A stretch of 64,000 nt of DNA. It comes from Malacoraja senta. Taxonomy: Eukaryota. The notes under the pieces are model-generated. The model was not told the origin of the DNA. It worked only from the letters and a program-made list of their open reading frames with translations, and searched no databases. Of this stretch, positions 26,446 to 40,116 are shown piece by piece. The stretch covers positions 1,118,001-1,182,000 of the forward strand of contig CM075996.1 of NCBI GenBank assembly GCA_038087875.1, written 5' to 3'. Each line of letters starts with the position of its first letter. Position 1 is the stretch's first letter. The translations under genes and the position numbers were made by a program.

Positions 26446-27844
26446 CATACCCCCTTTTAATCTGACCTTTCTGGACTTCATCTTGCACTAAACGTTATTC
26501 CCTTTATCCTGTATCTGTACACTGTGGACGGCTTGACCACAATGTGGACAGCTTGACCACAATGTAGATGCTTGACCACTATGTGGATGCTTGACCACTA
26601 TGTGGCCAGCTTGACCACAACGTAGACGCTTGACCACAATGTGGACGGCTTTTCTCGGCTGGTGAAGGAGCGAGAGGGTCACGGTCAGGCCTACCGTTCA
26701 CCGTTGTGGGAATTCTGGGGGATCGTTGTGGGAATTCTGATGCCTGTTAGTTCTGCCCTGGGATTTCAGGATAAAGAACCCACTGATCGGGAACCCCTTT
26801 CCTTGGAATGACTTGGTGAAACGTAATTAGTTGGTTGGAGACATAAGGAGCATTTTCAATTGAGATAAGGCTGAAGAAGGGTTCCGAGTCTAAACTTTGG
26901 CTGTTCATTCCCTCCACAGATGCTGCCTGACCCGCTGAGTTTCTCCAGCACTCTGTAATTAGTCGGTTTAGTGCTTGAGGCCATTCCAAGATATTAATGG
27001 CATGACCCAAATGTAAATCTCTCCTCCCATGAGATGGTGTTATTCACAACTCGCATTCCTTGCAAATCTTTCATCAGTCACTTCAGAGTTGCCCTGGAGA
27101 TAATGTTGAGAAGTGATTGATTAACTAGCTACATCCAGTATTTCTGTGTTTGCTCATTAACATTTGTCTCTATAAGGTGGAACCTTGTTTGATTTCTGGA
27201 AGCTAACCCTCCATTAATCAGATGCCAGCAAGAATGTTGTGCCAATTTTAAACCATTATAGAAGCCTTCCTCCATTTTACACAAAGTACAGATTTAAACT
27301 TGTTTGCAAGTACATTAGGTGGTAGTTAAGTTGAAATGAAGTCATATGTTAATGACTAGGTTAGATGAGATAGCTGGAGGGCAGAACATGAATGAGGCTT
27401 AGACGACCTGCCTTGAGAATGGGCTGGGTTTGACACTGTCATGGGGGTAGTGTGGATCCTGAGGGGATCCAGACCAAGGCTCAAGGAGGTCTGGAACAAG
27501 GTCAAAGGAAGTCTGGACCGAGGCCCAAGGAGGTCCAGACCGACGTCGAGTCAGTCCCATGGGAAAGATCCACATGGAGCCAGTACTTCATCTTCAAGTC
27601 CTAACACGGAATTAGTGGCATTGATCTAACCACAACACTTCTCTGACTATGGAGGGAAAACGCAGCCTTCAGTACAAGTACGATGTCTTTGAAATAGATG
27701 TGTGCCTCATGGTTCCAAATGTAATTGGAAAATGCTCCTGTCCTCTCTGTCCTCTGTACTTGCTTTATCTCCCTGGGGAGGTGACCAGTCAAAGACAGCA
27801 ACATCTTCAACAAGTTAGGTTATCACGTATACCTAGGTACCAGA

Positions 27845-29256
27845 TTATTAATGATCTGGATGAGGTAATTGAATGCAACATCTCCAAGTTTGCGGATGAC
27901 ACGAAGCTGGGGGGCAGTGTTAGCTGTGAGGAGGATGCTAGGAGGCTGCCAGGTGACTTGGATAGGTTGGGTGAGTGGGCAAATGCATGGCAGATGCAGT
28001 ATAATGTGGATAAATGTGAGGTTATCCACTTTGGTGGCTAAAACAGGAAAGTAGACTATTATCTGAATGGTGGCCGATTAGGAAAAGGGGAGATGCAACG
28101 AGACCTGGGTGTCATGGTGCACCAGTCATTGAAAGTAGGCATGCAGGTGCAGCAGGCAGTGAAGAAAGCGAATGGTATGTTAGCATTCATAGCAAAAGGA
28201 TTTGAGTATAAGAGCAGGGAGGTTCTACTGCAGTTGTACAGGGTCTTGGTGAGGCCACACCTGGAGTATTGCGTACAGTTTTGGTCACTAAATCTGAGGA
28301 AAGACATTCTTGCCATAGAGGGAGTACAGAGAAGGTTCACCAGACTGATTCCTGGGATGGCAGGACTTTCATATAAAGAAAGACTGGATAGACTCGGCTT
28401 GTACTCGCTAGAATTTAGAAGATTGAGCGGGGATCTTATAGAAACTTACAAGATTCTTAAGGGTTAAAGAAGGAACTGCAGATGCTGGAAAATTGAAGGT
28501 ACACAAAAATGCTGGAGAAACTCAGCGGGTGCAGCAGCATCTATGGAGCGAAGGAAATAGGCAACGTTTCGGGCCGAAACCCTTCTTCAGACTGATAGGG
28601 GGTGGGGAGAAGAAAGGAAAAAAGGCGGAGGAGGAGCCCGAGGGCTAGGGGATGGTAGGAGACAACCAGATGGGAGGAGACAACCAGAGGAGACAAACAT
28701 CAGCCCTCTGGTTGTCTCCTCCCATCCCCTAGCCCTCGGGCTCCTCCTCCGCCTTTTTTCCTTTTTTCCTTTCTTCTTCCCACCCCCTATCAGTCTGAAG
28801 AAGGGTTTCGGCCCGAAACGTTGCCTATTTCCTTCGCTCCATAGATGCTGCTGCACCCGCTGAGTTTCTCCAGCATTTTTGTGTACCTAAGATTCTTAAG
28901 GGGTTGGACAGGCTAGATGCAGGAAGATTGTTCCCGATGTTGGGGAAGTCCAGAACAAGAGGTCACAGTTTAAGGATAAGGGGGAAGTCTTTTAGGACCG
29001 AGATGAGAAAATCATTTTTCACACAGAGAGTGGTGAATCTGTAGAATTCTCTGCCACATAAGGTAGTTGAGGCCAGTTCATTGGCTATATTTAAGAGGGA
29101 GTTAGATGTGGCCCTTGTGGCTAAAGGGATCAGGGGGTATGGAGAGAAGGCAGGTACAGGATACTGAGTTGGATGATCAGCCATGATCATATTGAATGGC
29201 GGTGCAGGCTCGAAGGGCCGAATGGCCTACTCCTGCACCTATTTTCTATGTTTCTA
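27845..29256 (+). mobile_element. CR1-clade LINE (HER1-like), 5'-truncated, well preserved
   Basis: INDLDEVIECNISKFADDTKLGG...WQMQYNVDKCEVIHFG and QRDLGVMV...LVRPHLEYCVQFWS...VQRRFTRLIPGM...LEFRRLSGDLIETYKILKG. 3'UTR ends gggccgaatggcctactcctgcacctattttctatgtttcta. Interrupted at 28466-28888. Confidence 0.93.
28466..28888. mobile_element. Palindromic Penelope-like pLTR insertion with 14-bp target duplication
   Basis: Arms ~28497-28670 and ~28707-28888 are near-perfect reverse complements. Flanked by AAGATTCTTAAGGG at 28450-28463 and 28889-28902. Hammerhead core at 28795-28822 (+) mirrored at 28563-28590 (-). Confidence 0.85.
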
Positions 29257-29930
29257 CAGTGAAAAGGTTTGTCTGCGTGCTATCCGATCAAATCAGTTAA
29301 TATTATACATAAATGTATCAAGGCAATCTAAAGGAAAGATGCAGAGTGCAGTTCTCAGCATTGTAGCGCATCAGTTCCAGAGACAAAGTCCGCAATAGGG
29401 TAGAGGTGAATCAGACAGTACCCTGGTTTGTGGAAGGACCGTTCAGAAGCCTGATAACAGAGGGGGAAGAAGCTGTTCCTGAGTCTGGTGGTTTCAAGCT
29501 TCTGTACCTTCTGCCTGAAGGAGGAATGACTTGGATGGGAAAGGTCTTTGGTTATGCTTTGCCAAGGCAACGTGAAATGTAATGAGTCAATGGTGGGGAG
29601 TCTGGCCTGTGTGATGGACTGGGTTACACTGCAGTCTTGGGTAGTGTTGTTCCCAAACCAAGCTGCGATGCAAACCAACAGTCAGCTTTCTATGGTGCAT
29701 CTGTAGAAGTTTGTTAGCGTTACTGGAGACATGCCGAATGTCCTCGGTCTCCTCCGCCTTCTTCGCACGTACTCCACCGCGCTTCCTGAAGTTCCTTCGC
29801 CTTGCTGACAACGAGGGAGAGGTTTTGTCCTGACACCAGGTCACTTAGTTCTCTCTCTCCTTCCTGTTCTCCATCTCGTTAATGTTTGAAATCTGACCCA
29901 CCACAGTGGTGTCATGGGCAAAGCTGTAGA
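29257..29930 (-). mobile_element. Rex1/Babar-like LINE fragment
   Basis: Minus remnants CIAAWFGN..., KDLSHPSH, TTRLRNSFFP and WCQD...L. Similar fragments lie at ~22830-23430 and ~38200-38390. Confidence 0.6.
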
Positions 29931-30489
29931 AGGGGCCATTTGCGGGTCATTCACTTCCAGTCCAGAGCAGGTGGGAGCAGTGGCTACAAACCGAATGTTG
30001 CAAAACAAGAAGGGCAAAAGCTGACAATTTAATGATTTGCCAACATGATTTGTTTTCTGAGCTTCATTTTGGTGATTTTACTTAATGGGGCAAATGTCTG
30101 AATGTCCCTGCTCTTTCTGGAAGGTGCGTTGAGCAACATTCTGGAGTTCCACCAGGTATTGAGTCAACCTGTGATGTTTGCGTACATCGGCGAGTGTCGA
30201 ACTAATCAACTTATTCCAGAGCCGTGGTGTGATGGAGAGCGGATGTGACAGGTTGTCTGGAGTCAGGGTGTTGCAAGCTGTGCTGTGTATTGATTGGCCT
30301 GCAGACGCCTGCTGCCTCTGGCCAACGTCCCTGTGAGAGGGAGGGATGTCGGGACTTCCATCTGCACCAAGCACATGGTCACAGTCAGTGGAGTTCAAAC
30401 AAAGAACGGCAAGGATCATAAATGGAGCCGGGACGCCCACGATCAAGAGAGCCCTAGGTAGGTACACCTCCCCTTCACTTGCTGTATTC

Positions 30490-30880
30490 CCCCTCTCCAT
30501 CTCCACTGCCCCCCCCCTCCTCCTCTCCTCCTCTACACCCCTCTCCTACACCCATCTCCCCTCCCCTACACCCCCTCTCCATCTCCACTGCCCTCCCCAT
30601 CTCCCCTATGCCCCCTCTCACCTCCCCTACACCCCCTCCCCTCTCCCCTCCCCCTCCATCTACACTGCCCTCACCTCCTCCTCTACACCCCTCTCCCCTC
30701 CCCACCTCCCCCTCCCCTACACCCCCTCCCCTCTCTTTTCCCCACCTCCCCCTCCATCTACACTGCCCTCGCCTCTCCACACATCTCCCTAAATCACCTC
30801 CCCCTCCCCTCATCCTCTACACCGCCCTACCCCCACCGCTCTCCCCTCTACCCTCTCCCCTCCCCCTACTCCACCACCTC
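30490..30880. repeat. C-rich low-complexity tract
   Basis: Degenerate repeats of cccctacacc / ctccatctccactgcc. Confidence 0.85.
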
Positions 30881-31961
30881 CTGCATGGTTACAGGCAGTG
30901 GGTTTTGCCTCAGACGGTGACTGAGGGCACAGTTTGTTCCACAGCCCAGGAGTGGGGCCCCGTGTGGGTGGGTACACGTGGTGCGGGTACACATGGTGTG
31001 TGTACACGTGGTGTGTGTACACGATGGTGGGGCTGGTGCAGACAGGAACCTGTCTGCTCTGCTCATTACCGGCCACTGTGTTCCCAGCGTCAGGTTCCCT
31101 GTGTCCACAGCGGGCAGGTTCCTGGAGGAAGCCTGCAGTCTGTGACCACTTTAACATCTGCTCCGTGTTTGTCGTGGCGAGGCTGAGAGAGGGGTCGCCA
31201 CTGGCTGGCAGAGAGGTGTTTCTGTAACGACAGTCTGTGGCACTCTGAGCCCACCCGCCTGGGGAACAGTGGTATTGTTGTTATTTTCTGGGCATTTGTT
31301 TCCCGTTTGTATTTACCCTCAGAGAGGGCTGGCTGGTATCTGAGCACGGGGTGAGACTGGAAGATTACCCCCCTCAGTATGACTACTGTGGTATTAATGT
31401 CATTCAAGATGCAAAAATAAATAGTGGGAACGCGTTTATGGCGAATCCCTCACTTGGAGTTGCATCTGGGGTCCAGGTCCATAACGCCCTAAACACCAGT
31501 CGATGGAGTTGGAAACCAGGGCTTGCCTTCAGCGGCCCAGGCACTGAGTCTTTGGTCAGGCTGCATTTGGAGTATTACGTGCAGTTCTGGTCACCCCCAT
31601 CACAGGAAGAATGTGGAGGCTTTGGAGAAGGTGCAGAGGAGGTTCACCAGAATGCCACCTGGATTAGAAGGTTAATCTACAAGGAAAGGCTGGATAGACG
31701 TGAATTGTTTTCTCTGGAATACCAAACGTTGGAGACCTGATAGAAGTATATAAAATTATGAGAAGCATAGGTATGGTCAACAGTCAGATCCTTCATTCTA
31801 AGGTGGAAATGTCAAATACTAAAGGGCAAAATATCAAATAGCAAATACTTAAGGTAAGGGGGGAAAAGGATAATGGAGCAGTGCGGGGAAAGCTGAGAGA
31901 CTTTTGGATTGGTATCTGGTTATTCAGGGAATGGAGGGACCTGGATATGTCCCAGCCGACA

Positions 31962-32412
31962 GACACGCTGACACGCTCTCACACGCTGACACATGCTGAC
32001 ACACGCTCTCACACGCTGACACACGCTCTCACACGCTGACACGCGCTCTCACACGCTGACACGCTGTCACATGCTGACACATGCTCTCACATGCTGACAC
32101 ATGCTCTCACACGCTGACACACGCTCTCACATGCTGACACACGCTCTCACATGCTGACACACGCTGACACATGCCCTCACACGCTGACACACGCTCTCAC
32201 GCTGACACACGCTCTCACACGCTCTCACACGCTGACACACACTCTCACACGCTCTCACACGCTGTCACACGCTGACACATGCTCTCACACGCTCTCACAC
32301 GCTGACACACGCTCTCACACGCTGTCACACGCTCTCACACGCTCTCACATGCTGACACACGCTCTCACGCTGACACACGCTCTCACACGCTCTCACATGC
32401 TGACACACGCTG
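31962..32412. repeat. Compound microsatellite (ACACGCTCTC / ACACGCTG units)
   Basis: Directly visible. Confidence 0.9.
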
Positions 32413-32982
32413 TCATGCAGAAACCCTCAACTGTTGTTTTCACAGCTACCTTTTTGACCACATTGCATCGGCATTACAAATATCATGTGGAGATTGGGAA
32501 GATCACATTTCAGAATAAAAATGATTTACAAGCTGACCTTGGGGCCGAGAGCATTTGTGAAACCCAAGATGATTTTGGTCAATGGAGAATGGTGGTGTGT
32601 GTTAGGGTTGTGATAAGAGTAACCTAACCCTAAGCATAGTTGTTGTGTCTGCAGCCACAGACCCCCAGCACACGGGGGACACCCCACAGTCCAGGGGCAG
32701 CGTCACGCTGATCACGGGACGTCACGCGTGTCTGGGTGTGACCAGTTTGAGGGATTCCCACCACTGTTGCTCATCTGGACATCTCTGATTTATTGCAAGT
32801 CTCCCTCAGTGAGAAGATTCTGCCAAAGAATAGAGACTCCCCCCTTAAACTAAACACAACAGCGGAGAGGTCTTCAGCCCTGCTCCTTCATTCATTCATT
32901 ACAACCTTGCCTGATCTCAATTCCTGCTCCCTTCCTTACTTCCGCTGTCCCCATATTCCAAACGTTCTCTGCTGAGGGGAGC

Positions 32983-33123
32983 CCTTCTTCTTCTTGCGTA
33001 TGGCATGCACAGCCTAAAGATGTAGGTCAACTTGTTGTATTTGATCCATTTGTTTGTGCACGTCAGGTTGATTGCATTCGTCGAATCAGGGTGGACCACA
33101 TGAAGGTTGTAATCTCCCACCCC
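32983..33123 (-). mobile_element. Short retroposon with (AAG)n tail, possibly RTE-mobilised
   Basis: The minus strand ends ...tacgcaagaagaagaag. Flanked by ggggagc on both sides (32976-32982 and 33127-33133). Confidence 0.55.
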
Positions 33124-33179
33124 AGGGGGGAGCTGATAGACATTTATAACATTTTGAGAGGCAAAGATAGACAGAGAGA

Positions 33180-33490
33180 ACCTTTATCCCATGATGGAAA
33201 TGTCAAAGACTAGAGGGCACAGTGTAAGATGAGAGGGGCAAAGTTTAAGGAAATGTGCGGGGCAAGTTTTTTTTACCCAGAGGGTGGTGGGTGCCTGGAA
33301 CGCGCTGCCAGGGGTGGTGGTGGAGGCAGATACGATAGTGGTGTTTAAGAGGCTTTTAGGCAGGCACGTGTACATGCAGGGAATGGAGGGATATGGATCA
33401 CCTGTAGGCAGAGGGGATTGGTTTACTTGGCATCATGTTCAGTACGGACATTGTGGGCCGAAGGGCCTGATCCTGTGCTGTTCTACATTT
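33180..33490 (+). mobile_element. CR1 LINE 3' fragment
   Basis: RVVGAWNALPGVVVEADTIVVFKRLL followed by 3'UTR gggccgaagggcctg. Similar pieces at ~31530-31950, 37285-37650(-), 40150-40630(-) and 42160-43062. Confidence 0.8.
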
Positions 33491-34174
33491 TATTTTATTT
33501 TCTGCGCACACATCACTTGGCAACAAATGGGAGGAAATTCTTCCTCACACAAATCATGAATCAGTTCAACTATTCACATCGTCCTCAGCTCACTGTGCCT
33601 GGAGCTCGGGAATTGGAGGAGATTCACTGCTTGTGGACCTGGTGCTGCTTCAGGTGGTGGAGGAGAGATTGGACAAGTTGTGTTTGTTTCCCCGCTGGGG
33701 AGGAGGCTGAGCAAGCAAGCAAGTTTATTTATGCAACAAGGCAATGCAAAGTGCTTTACACAAAGCATTAAAAAGCACGCAAAAACAGTCATTAAAAAGA
33801 ATAGAAAATAAAAACAAGCTAAAATAGAAGAAGACAAGTATAAAATATAAGAATAAATATTACAGCGCGGTTAGAAATGAATAATTATTTAATTTAATTA
33901 AAATTAAAAGTAGTTAAGGGGAGACTAGACTGAGGTGGGGAAGGTTACAAACAGCATGAATATTGTCCCCATGTGTACCCAGGTGTTCTCTTTACGCTAC
34001 CTGTTGTACTCATGTAGAGAGAGCACACAAATCACATTGCAACTACACTGACTACGGTCAAACTATACCAATTGTGCCAACTTTGTGTTATCCAGGCAAG
34101 TCCTGAGCAGAACACAGTTGCTGAAGTTAGTGTCGTGCAGTGTTCAAGAGCTCATGTTGCAGGGAAGCAGCTGT

Positions 34175-35346
34175 GTGGGTCAGGGTGGCGTGGGTGGGAG
34201 TGTGGTCAGGGTGGTGCGGTCAGGGTGGTGGGGTCAGTGTGGTGTTGTGTGGGTCAGTGGGGTGCGGTCAGGGTGGTGTGGGTGGGAGTGTGGTCAGTGT
34301 GGTGCAGTCAGGGTGGTGTGCTCAGGGTGGTGCAGTCAGGGTGGTGCGGTCAGGGTGGTGTGGTCAGTGAGGTGTGGGTCACTGGGGAGTGTGGGTCACT
34401 GGGGAGTGTGGGTCAGGGTGGTGTGGGTCAGGGTGGTGTGGGTCAGGGTGGTGTGGGTCAGGGTGGTGTGGGTCAGGGTGGTGTGGGTCAGGGTGGTGCG
34501 GGTCAGGGTGGTGCGGTCAGGGTGGTGCGGTCAGGGTGGTGCGGTCAGGGTGGTGTGGGTCAGGGTGGTGTGGGTCAGGGTGGTGCGGGTCAGGGTGGTG
34601 CGGGTCAGGGTGGTGCGGGTCAGGGTGGTGCGGGTCAGGGTGGTGCGGGTCAGGGTGGTGCGGGTCAGGGTGGTGCGGGTCAGGGTGGTGTGGTCAGTGT
34701 GGCGCGGGTCAGTGTGGCGCGGGTCAGTGTGGCGCGGGTCAGTGTGGCGCGGGTCAGTGTGGCGCGGGTCAGTGTGGCGCGATCAGGGTGGTGTGGGTCA
34801 GGGTGGTGTGGGTCAGGGTGGTGTGGTCAGTGGGGTGTGAATCAGTGGGGTGTGGGTCAGGGTGGTGTGGGTCAGTGTGGTGTGGGTCAGTGTGGTGTGG
34901 GTCAGGGTGGTGTGGGTCAGGGTGGTGTGGGTCAGGGTGGTGTGGGTCAGGGTGGTGTGGGTCAGTGTGGTGTGGGTCAGTGTGGTGTGGGTCAGTGTGG
35001 TGTGGGTCAGGGTGGTGTGGGTCAGGGTGGTGTGGGTCAGGGTGGTGTGGGTCAGTGTGGTGTGGGTCAGTGTGGTGTGGGTCAGGGTGGTGTGGTCAGT
35101 GTGGTGTGGGTCAGTGTGGTGTGGGTCAGTGTGGTGTGGGTCAGTGTGGTGTGGGTCAGTGTGGTGTGGTCAGTGTGGTGTGGGTCAGTGTGGTGTGGGT
35201 CAGGGTGGTGTGGGTCAGGGTGGTGTGGGTCAGGGTGGTGTGGGTCTGTGGTGTGGGTCAGGGTGGTGTGGGTCAGGGTGGTGTGGTCAGTGTGGTGTGG
35301 TCAGTGTGGTGTGGGTCAGTGTGGTGTGGTCAGTGTGGTGTGGGTC
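34175..35346. repeat. G-rich 15-bp minisatellite (GGGTCAGGGTGGTGT)n
   Basis: About 1.17 kb array with blocks of variant units (GGGTCAGTGTGGTGT, GGGTCAGGGTGGTGC, GGGTCAGTGTGGCGC). Confidence 0.95.
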
Positions 35347-38300
35347 TTTGATGCCATTGACTGTGCTTATACCTGACTACATTGGGCTCATGTACATGTT
35401 TTATTGGAGCGGAGGTGCGTTGCAGCTGAACACAAACTCGCTGCTGTGCTTGGAAGGTTTTGCAGCTGTTGCAAATAAAATGTATTATTTGTGAGGTAGC
35501 ACTAACTAATGATAGAAAATTCTGTGTTGGAAATGGTTTCCACCTTGTGGTGTGGCAACTGGTCCTGAGCACCTCAGCTGTTTGCGATTGAAACGGATAT
35601 GTGTGCAATGTGTCTCCATCACTCGCCCAAAACATGTCCCCTTAAAGCGGCAATTAGGCGGAGGCGACACCAAATGCAGGGGAGGTGTGGGCCCCACCGT
35701 GTCCGTGTGTCAGTGAGGAACCCAGCAACAGACAGGGAGGGATCCCGGGAAAACTCCAGAACATTCCGCATTATGGTACCGGGTGTTAGAAGACAGAGGT
35801 CAGAGGGTGATACAGCACAGCAACAGGCCCTTAGGCCCATCGAGTCCATGCCAACCATCACGCACCCATTCTCAATTCTGCTCTCAATTTATTCCCAGAC
35901 ATTCCCATCAACTCTCTCCAGATTCCACCCCTGGTGCGCACACCAGGGTCAAATTATAGCAGCCAATTAACCCTGGATGTCTTGTATGATGTGGGAGGAA
36001 ACTAGAGTCACAAGGAGAACGTGCAAACTCCACACAGGCAGCACCAAGGTCAGGATGGAGTTTGGGTGGTTGGAGTTGTGAGGCAGCAGCACTACCATCT
36101 GCATCAGTCCGTAACCCAACATTGGGCCAAGTACCAGGGAGAATCAGCATTTGGCTGAAACCCCTCGAAACCTCCTCTGTCTTTTAAAAGTCGTGATTGT
36201 ATCCACTTCTATAGATTCCTCTGGCAGCTCGTTCCAGACGGACTACCCTCCGAGTGGAAAGGTTGCCCCTGAAATCCCTCTTCAATCTTTTTCTTCACCT
36301 TAAGCCAATGCCCTCTAGTTTTGGAATCCTGTACTCTGGGATAAAGACTTTATCCTCGTGATCTTGTACACCTCAGTAAAGTCACCTCCTACGCTCCAAC
36401 GGAAGAAGTCCCAGCCTATCCAACCTATCCTGATAACCCGAGTCCAGGCAATATCCCGGAGAATCTCGTCTGCACCCTTTCCAACGAATCAGCATCCTTC
36501 CTGTAGCCGGGCAACCAGAACTGTCCGCAGTGTTGCGACAGATACCACAGGCTCAGTAACTCCGGCCCAGAGCGGTGAGGCTGAGCGAGACTGAACAGCC
36601 TGGATCAGTCACATCATGTCAGGACTGACGGCCTTGGCAGTTGCTCAGAGAGGGACGTGTGTGTGATGAGAGCAAGGCGCGGAGTTCCAGTGTCTGCCAT
36701 GACTCAGATCCATCAGGAGGTGTGAATCATCTCATGGTGATCTACAACATAACGATGCTGTGTGAGGCTGCAGCCACTGCAGGTAACACTGAGTTACTGA
36801 ACTCTGTGTGAAGTTATATACAGACTGAACGCAGGTGGCACAAAGAAGGTGCGCTCAGTGTGTCACAGAGAGCCACAGGGCACAGAGCAGGCCCTTTCGG
36901 CCCAACATGTCCATTCTAACCACCAAATAACCATCTATATGAGGAGGAAGGAACTGCTGGTTTAAACCAAAAGACAGACACAAAAAGCTGGAGTAACTCA
37001 GCGGGTCAGGCAGCATCCCTGAGAAGGAATAGGTGACGTTTCGGGTCGAGACCCTTATTTAGACTGAGAGTTAGAGGAAAGGGAACAGATATCGACGACG
37101 ATATAGAGACACAGAACAAATGAATGAAAGATATGCAAAAAGTAATGATGATCAAGGAAAGATGGAGCCCACAATGGTCCATTGTTGATTCTGGAACAGG
37201 GTGACAGTGAAACTAGTATGAAGGTGGGAGAGGGGATGCAAAGGTTACGTCTAGCAAGGTGACCAAAACCAAACACAATAATACCATAAAACATAGGAGC
37301 AGTTAGGCCATTCGGCCCATCAAGTCTACTCCGCCATTCAATCATGGCTGATCTATCTTTCCCACTCAACCCCATTCTCCTGCCTTCTCCCCATAGCCTC
37401 TGACACCCGTACTAATCAAGAATCTATCAATCTCCGCCTTATATATATGGAATGACTTGTGGCCTCCACAGCCATCTGCAGTAATGAATTCCACAGATTC
37501 ACCACCCTTTGACTAAAGAAATTCCTCCTCATCTCCTTTCTAAAAGTTTGTCCTTTAATTCTGTGGCTGTGGCCTCTTGTCCTAGCCTCTCCCACTGGTG
37601 GAAACATCCTCTCCACATCCACTCTATCCAGGCCTCTCACTATTCGGTCAGTTTAGATGAGGTCTGGAAATAATAATAACTGTTTCTCTCTCCACAGAGA
37701 CTGCCTGACCTGCAGAGTATTTCAGGTTATGGCCGAGGCTGCGGATGATGTGTTGCGATACAGACTGTGGCTGCCGAGACACTTTAAACGGCAGGAGGGT
37801 GGAGGAGGTATGTGTACAAAGAGTGAAAATCCAAAGACTTCCCAATGCATGGAGCCATCGCGCAATGAAAGCATTTTGGTGTTGCTTTTTTATTGTCATG
37901 TGTACCAGGATACAGCAATAAACTTTGTACGCTCTCTGGGATGCTCAGACCTTGCAATGACTAGTGTAGCTGGGACATGTTGGCTGGTGTGGGCAACATG
38001 GGCGGAGGGACTGTTTCTACTCTGCATTATTCGGGCTATATGAGAACATCACGTTACACAACAGCAGGAAGGAAACAGAGCACAGAATATAGTGAAGATA
38101 GACACAAAATGCCAGAGTAACTCAGCGGGTCAGGCAGCATCTGGAAGAAAAGAATAGGTGACGTTTCAGGTCAAGACCCTTCTTCCTACGCAGAATATAG
38201 TGTTACAGCTACAGAGGAAGTGCAGGTAGAAGTAAGTGCAAGGGCCGCAGAGAGGTAGATTGGAAGATGAGAATTTCATTGTTGGCTTGTGAGGGGTCCG

Positions 38301-39035
38301 TTTATGAAACTGGTAACAGCAGGAAAGAAGCTGGTCTTGAATCTGGTGCCGCGTATCTCCAAGATCTTGTATCGTCTGCCTGACGGGAGAGGGGGTGAGG
38401 GAGGGGGTGAGGGAGGGGGTGAGGGAGGGGGTGGGGGAGGAGGTGGGGAGGGGAGGGGAGGGGGTGAGTGGTCCTTGGTTATGTTGTTTGCAGAGGCAGC
38501 GAGAAGCATTGTAGTCAATGGGGAAGGGAGGGAGGGGAGAGGAGAGGTGGGCAGGGGGTGGGGAGGGGGTGGGGAGAGAGGGGTGGGGAGGGAGGGGGGT
38601 GGGGAGGTGAGGGTGAGTGCAGGTCTGTGTAATGCGCTGGGCTCCAGTTAGCAGGGGTGTCTGTCCAGAGACAGGGCTGGGTTTGTACTCGTCAGGGATC
38701 CAACAACAGGGATGTATGTCCCGGAGAAGAGGGGGGGGATTTGTGGTCTGTGTCACTCAGGTGACCAGCAGGTTTTCAGACAGATAATTACGCTGCAGTC
38801 TCCCACTAATCAAGACATCTGTCACACTAAAGCGTATTGATTTCCTGGGTCACAGCGTGGTCTGGCAGCACTGGACAGATCGAGTGTCCTCCCGCATCAG
38901 GTTGCACCCTCAGTCTTCACAGAGAGGCGGCTCTTTGATGTTTGCGGAGCGCAGGGAGGGGGGGGGGGGATGGACCACACCCTGGGGAACGTCCACCTGG
39001 GATAGCATGGGAACATTGGGCAGGGGAGCGCAGGG

Positions 39036-39826
39036 ACACTCACACACACTCAGACGCACACACGCACACTCACATACACGCACACACGCACACTCACATA
39101 CACACAGACACGCACACACGCACACTCACATACACACAGACACTCACATACACACAGACACACGCACACTCACATACACACAGACACACGCACACTCACA
39201 TACACACAGACACTCACATACACACAGACACACGCACACTCACATACACACAGACATATGCACACTCACATACACACAGACACGCACACTCACATACACA
39301 CAGACACACACTACACACACGCACACTCACATACACACAGACACGCACACTCACATACACACAGATACACGCACACTCATACACACAGACACACTCACAT
39401 ACACACTACACACACGCACACTCACATACACACAGACACACGCACACTCACATACACACAGACACACGCACACTCACAGACACACGCACACTCACAGACA
39501 CACAGACACACACTACACACACGCACACTCACACACACAGGTACACATGCACACTCCCAGAGACACACAGACCCACGCACACTCACATACACACAGCCAC
39601 ACACACTCACATACACACAGACACACGCACACTCACAGACACGCACACTCACATACACACAGACACACGCACACTCACATACGCACAGGCACGCACACTC
39701 ACATACACACAGGCACGCACACTCACATACACACAGACACACACGCACACTCACACACACACACACAGGTACACACACAGACACATGCACACTCACAGAC
39801 ACACAGACACACTACACACACGCACA

Positions 39827-39881
<55 letters not shown>

Positions 39882-40041
39882 ACACACAGACACATGCACA
39901 CTCCCAGAGACACACACATACACACACACACAGAGGGACAGGCGCACATTAACACTCACACACACATACACACACAGATGCACATATTCACACTCGCAGG
40001 GGCACATATTAACACTCGTTGAGACATGCAGACACACACAC

Positions 40042-40083
<42 letters not shown>

Positions 40084-40116
40084 GGACAGACACATAAAGA
40101 CACACACACACACACA
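39036..40116. repeat. CA-rich compound microsatellite
   Basis: Units such as cacgcacactcacatacacacaga grading into pure (CA)n. Confidence 0.95.

Noticed and set aside
34072..35494. Long Gly/Val-rich ORFs
   Set aside because: Translations of the 15-bp minisatellite, open in several frames.
36517..36538. RE1/NRSE-like ctgtccgcagtgttg
   Set aside because: Lies in a degenerate CR1 fragment and lacks the GGTGCTGA half-site.
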